DNA of 32,000 bases, taken from Candidatus Electronema halotolerans (lineage in GTDB: Bacteria > Desulfobacterota > Desulfobulbia > Desulfobulbales > Desulfobulbaceae). The stretch is taken from NCBI GenBank assembly GCA_942493095.1, contig OW818675.1, forward strand, positions 2,220,001 through 2,252,000. Reading direction: 5' to 3'. Shown in pieces: positions 29,392 through 32,000 of this stretch. Positions within the stretch are counted from its first letter, which is position 1. The number at the start of each line of letters is the position of its first letter. The notes under the pieces are model-generated. The model saw only the letters and a list, made by a program, of their open reading frames with translations, was not told the origin of the DNA and did not search any database. The translations under genes were made by a program, and so were the position numbers.

Positions 29392-31605
29392 TCAGGCCTC
29401 CTTGATCGTGACAAAGTTGACGCGCATTCCAGTGCCGCCAGTGATCGGATCCACTTTATAGCGGGTGATGAGCTGCTGATCGTCTGCGCCCTTGTTGTAA
29501 GCGCGGGTCAGGAGTTTGGAATTCTGGCCAAAGCCATGCACCATATAGACGCAGTCGCGGCGGATGCGCTCCGTCACCTTGACTCGAATCTTGTTGCTGA
29601 CCACTTTGTCCTGATTCTCCAAGACCACATACTGCTGGTCTTTCAGGCCAAGCCGGGCCGCCTCCTTGGTGTTGAGCCAGACCTGATTCTCCTTGTACAG
29701 CTCCCAGAGCCATTGGTCATTGACTGTCCGGCTGAAGGTGTGAACTGGGCTGCGGCCATAGACCAAACGGTACATGCCCTCTGGCGGAGGATCAACCTTC
29801 TCATACTTGGGAATCGGGTCAAAGTGCTTTTCGTCCAGCTCAGAGCTGAACAGCTCGATCTTTTTGGAAGGGGTTTTGAAAACCGGCTGATTTTCCGAGG
29901 TGATGTAGGGGGCCGCGCTGCCGGGGATGGTGACATAGCCCTCATCAGCCAGCTTGTCATAGTCAATTTTCCATGCCTTGGCCTGGCGCTTCATCCGCTC
30001 TTCCCAGCTATCCTTGACCGCGTACTCAGCCAAGCCCATTTTCTTGCACAGCTCGCTGCCGATCCACCAAGCCGGCTTGGTATCATACATCGGCTCAATC
30101 GCAGGCTGGCGCAGGGCCACGCCGGTTTCGCGGGTCTCAATTTTGAACAGGCCGTCATGCCGCTCCAAATAGGTGCATTCCGGCAGGATGACATCCGCCA
30201 TCATGACCGTGTCTGTGGGCAGGATGTCAACCGCGACCATGAAATCAAGGCTGTTGATCGCCCTTTTGGTCTCTTCCGGCGCAGGCAGGCTTTTGAGCAG
30301 ATTGGTGCCGCAGACAAACCACGCCTTGATCGGATAGGGCTTGCCGGTGATTGACACCTCCCGCACCACCTGAGTCAGGCCCTCACCGCCAGCAAAGGGA
30401 TAATTGCCTTTGATGATCGGGTCCTCATCAGGAATCGGGTATTCAGGAATGCCGTCATTAAACCAAGCCAGCTTGCTCTTGGGCGGCAGCCATATCCCGC
30501 CTTCCCGGCCCCAAGAGCCGAGGATGGCGTTGATGATCGCCATAGCCCGCGAACGCTGGGCATCATCGCCATACCAGGCAACGTGACGGCCTGGATGAAT
30601 CATGACATTGGGGGCATAGCGGCCAAGATCACGGGCCGCATCAATAATGTCGGCCTCATGCAGCTCGGTTTCCTTGGCGCACCATTCTGCGGTGTACTCT
30701 TTGACCGCCTCTTTCAGCTCCTCAAAACCGACCGTGTATTGGGCGACATAGTCCTTGTCATGCCAGCCATTGCTGATGATCAGGTTGATCCAGGTCAGGA
30801 GAAGGGCCGTATCTGTGCCTGGCTTGATCGGCAGCCAGAGCGAGGCCTTGGAGGCGGCAGTGGAGTAGCGGGGATCAACGCAGATGATTTTCGCGCCCCT
30901 GCCCACGGCCTCGGCAAACTCCTGATTCTGGGAATTGTGCATGTTCTCACCCAGATGAGTGCCAAAGAGAACGATGACCTTGCTGTTTTGCAGATCAACC
31001 CGCTCACAGCTTGAGCCGGGCTTGTGGCCGTAGGTCAGCTCCCAAGCAACATCACGGATGCCTTTGCACTGGGCAAAAGAGGGAAAGGCTATGTTGGCGG
31101 AACCTCTTGCCATGAGCAGGTTGGTGAAATAATCGCCCGGGGAGCCGTGCGAAAGCATGGCCAAGGCTTGCGCGCCGTATTTGTCAGCAACCTTATTGAG
31201 CTGCTCCGCAGTGTAACTCAACGCCTCATCCCAGCTCACCTCATCATACTTGCCCTCGCCGCGCTTGCTGCCCTTCTGGCGGATCATCGGCTTTTTCAGA
31301 CGGTTCTCATCATAAAGCTGGCCAATGCCTGCCTGCCCTCTGGCGCAAAGTTTGCCGTTGCTCTGGGGATGAAAGGGATTGCCCTCCAGCTTGACCACCA
31401 CATCCTCGCCTTTCCTGTTCTTCTTCACCTTGGCGATCACGCCGCATTTCCAGAAGCACATCTCGCAGCTTGTCGCCACATAGCGGACATCGCCGCCCTC
31501 AGCCTCGGCTCTGGCACGGGTCGAGAGAAAGGGCGTGTCGGCAATCAGGGTGCTTCCAGCGGACATGGCGGCCAATTTGAGAAAGTTCCTCCTCGAAAAA
31601 GCCAT
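29392..31605 (-). CDS. psrA: Molybdopterin oxidoreductase, PsrA/PhsA-like, Tat-exported
   Basis: Tat-like MAFSRRNFLKLAAMSAGSTL; CEMCFWKCGVIAKV...KLCARG; RBS aggagag before ATG at 31605 (ORF track start 31668). Confidence 0.9.
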   Translation of the reverse strand: MAFSRRNFLKLAAMSAGSTLIADTPFLSTRARAEAEGGDVRYVATSCEMCFWKCGVIAKVKKNRKGEDVVVKLEGNPFHPQSNGKLCARGQAGIGQLYDENRLKKPMIRQKGSKRGEGKYDEVSWDEALSYTAEQLNKVADKYGAQALAMLSHGSPGDYFTNLLMARGSANIAFPSFAQCKGIRDVAWELTYGHKPGSSCERVDLQNSKVIVLFGTHLGENMHNSQNQEFAEAVGRGAKIICVDPRYSTAASKASLWLPIKPGTDTALLLTWINLIISNGWHDKDYVAQYTVGFEELKEAVKEYTAEWCAKETELHEADIIDAARDLGRYAPNVMIHPGRHVAWYGDDAQRSRAMAIINAILGSWGREGGIWLPPKSKLAWFNDGIPEYPIPDEDPIIKGNYPFAGGEGLTQVVREVSITGKPYPIKAWFVCGTNLLKSLPAPEETKRAINSLDFMVAVDILPTDTVMMADVILPECTYLERHDGLFKIETRETGVALRQPAIEPMYDTKPAWWIGSELCKKMGLAEYAVKDSWEERMKRQAKAWKIDYDKLADEGYVTIPGSAAPYITSENQPVFKTPSKKIELFSSELDEKHFDPIPKYEKVDPPPEGMYRLVYGRSPVHTFSRTVNDQWLWELYKENQVWLNTKEAARLGLKDQQYVVLENQDKVVSNKIRVKVTERIRRDCVYMVHGFGQNSKLLTRAYNKGADDQQLITRYKVDPITGGTGMRVNFVTIKEA

Positions 31606-31645
31606 GATATCTCTCCTTGATTGAAAAAAACATAACCACCTGACT

Positions 31646-31666
31646 GACCGGCCTGCCGCGCCGGTC
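31646..31666 (-). promoter_or_regulatory. Stem-loop in the psrA leader
   Basis: GACCGGC (31646-31652) / GCCGGTC (31660-31666), 7-bp perfect stem, 7-nt loop, between the candidate promoter and the psrA RBS. Confidence 0.4.
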
Positions 31667-31705
31667 AATCGGTTTGTAAGAAATGTTCAGATTTAATGAA
31701 CTATG

Positions 31706-31734
31706 CTTCTACACCAAATTGTGGCACCTGTCAA
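31706..31734 (-). promoter_or_regulatory. Candidate sigma70-type promoter for psrABC
   Basis: On the minus strand TTGACA (31734-31729), 17-nt spacer, TAGAAG (31711-31706); the -10 is weak. Confidence 0.35.
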
Positions 31735-31819
31735 CGAGCATAATGCGGCCTTTCTCCGTATGATACATGAACAGGCTGTTTTTGTTTTGCTTTTATTTTT
31801 ATGCCACAGTGTGTGCTGT

Positions 31820-32000
31820 TCAGGAGCGGAGGAAATGCCGCAGCACGGCGCAGAGATGCAGGCAGTCAGCGCAGGCGGCAGTCTCCCGGATGGAGTGCAT
31901 GGCCAAGGAGGGAATGCCGACATCCACAGTCTCAACCCCGATGCCGCTGGCGGTCAGCGGGCCGATAGTCGAGCCGCAGCCCATGTCGCTGCGGGAGACA
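31820..32000 (-). CDS. M18 family aminopeptidase, C-terminal end (partial at window edge)
   Basis: Reverse strand reads ...[58 protein letters not shown], the conserved M18 C-terminal motif (RSDMxxGSTIGP...VDVGxPxLxMHSIRE). Confidence 0.88.
   Translation of the reverse strand, partial: VSRSDMGCGSTIGPLTASGIGVETVDVGIPSLAMHSIRETAACADCLHLCAVLRHFLRS

Noticed and set aside
29383-30354. 323-aa plus-strand ORF (and 30583-31620 group)
   Set aside because: Antisense to psrA-like gene with strong conserved motifs.
31693-31935. 80-aa minus-strand ORF near the window end
   Set aside because: Out of frame with the clear M18 aminopeptidase C-terminus on the same strand and runs into the psrA promoter region; no motif.

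Overview
The window is a dense, mostly plus-strand bacterial chromosome segment. The gene content (PsrABC-type oxidoreductase, DUF4388 and MJ0042 modules) hints at a sulfur-metabolising deltaproteobacterium/Desulfobacterota, but that is inference only. Order of contents: end of rmlA, rmlD, argC, truA; then a long co-directional block (3.4-21.7 kb) holding an atypical chemosensory system: MCP with a duplicated sensor module, CheW, CheY-like, HAMP-only membrane protein, CheA with one intact and two degenerate Hpt domains, a zinc-finger ParA-like ATPase, an SsuABC/TauABC-like ABC transporter, a PilZ-like protein, a second HAMP-only protein and a TauE/SafE-like permease. Three separate REC-CheB-like proteins flank or sit inside this block. 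The catalytic histidine expected in CheB is replaced in all three (Y, E, N), and the catalytic serine is replaced in two (A, G). No CheR is present in the window. Downstream, a fused DNA methyltransferase/Mrr-like nuclease gene is split by a 1486-bp IS66-like element (8-bp target duplication GATATTTC, terminal inverted repeats). That module lies between a decayed copy of the 5' end of glmM and the intact glmM. The window ends with livM, a strong stem-loop terminator, a minus-strand psrCBA-like operon, and the C-terminus of an M18 aminopeptidase. Function assignments come from reading protein motifs; no database search was run.
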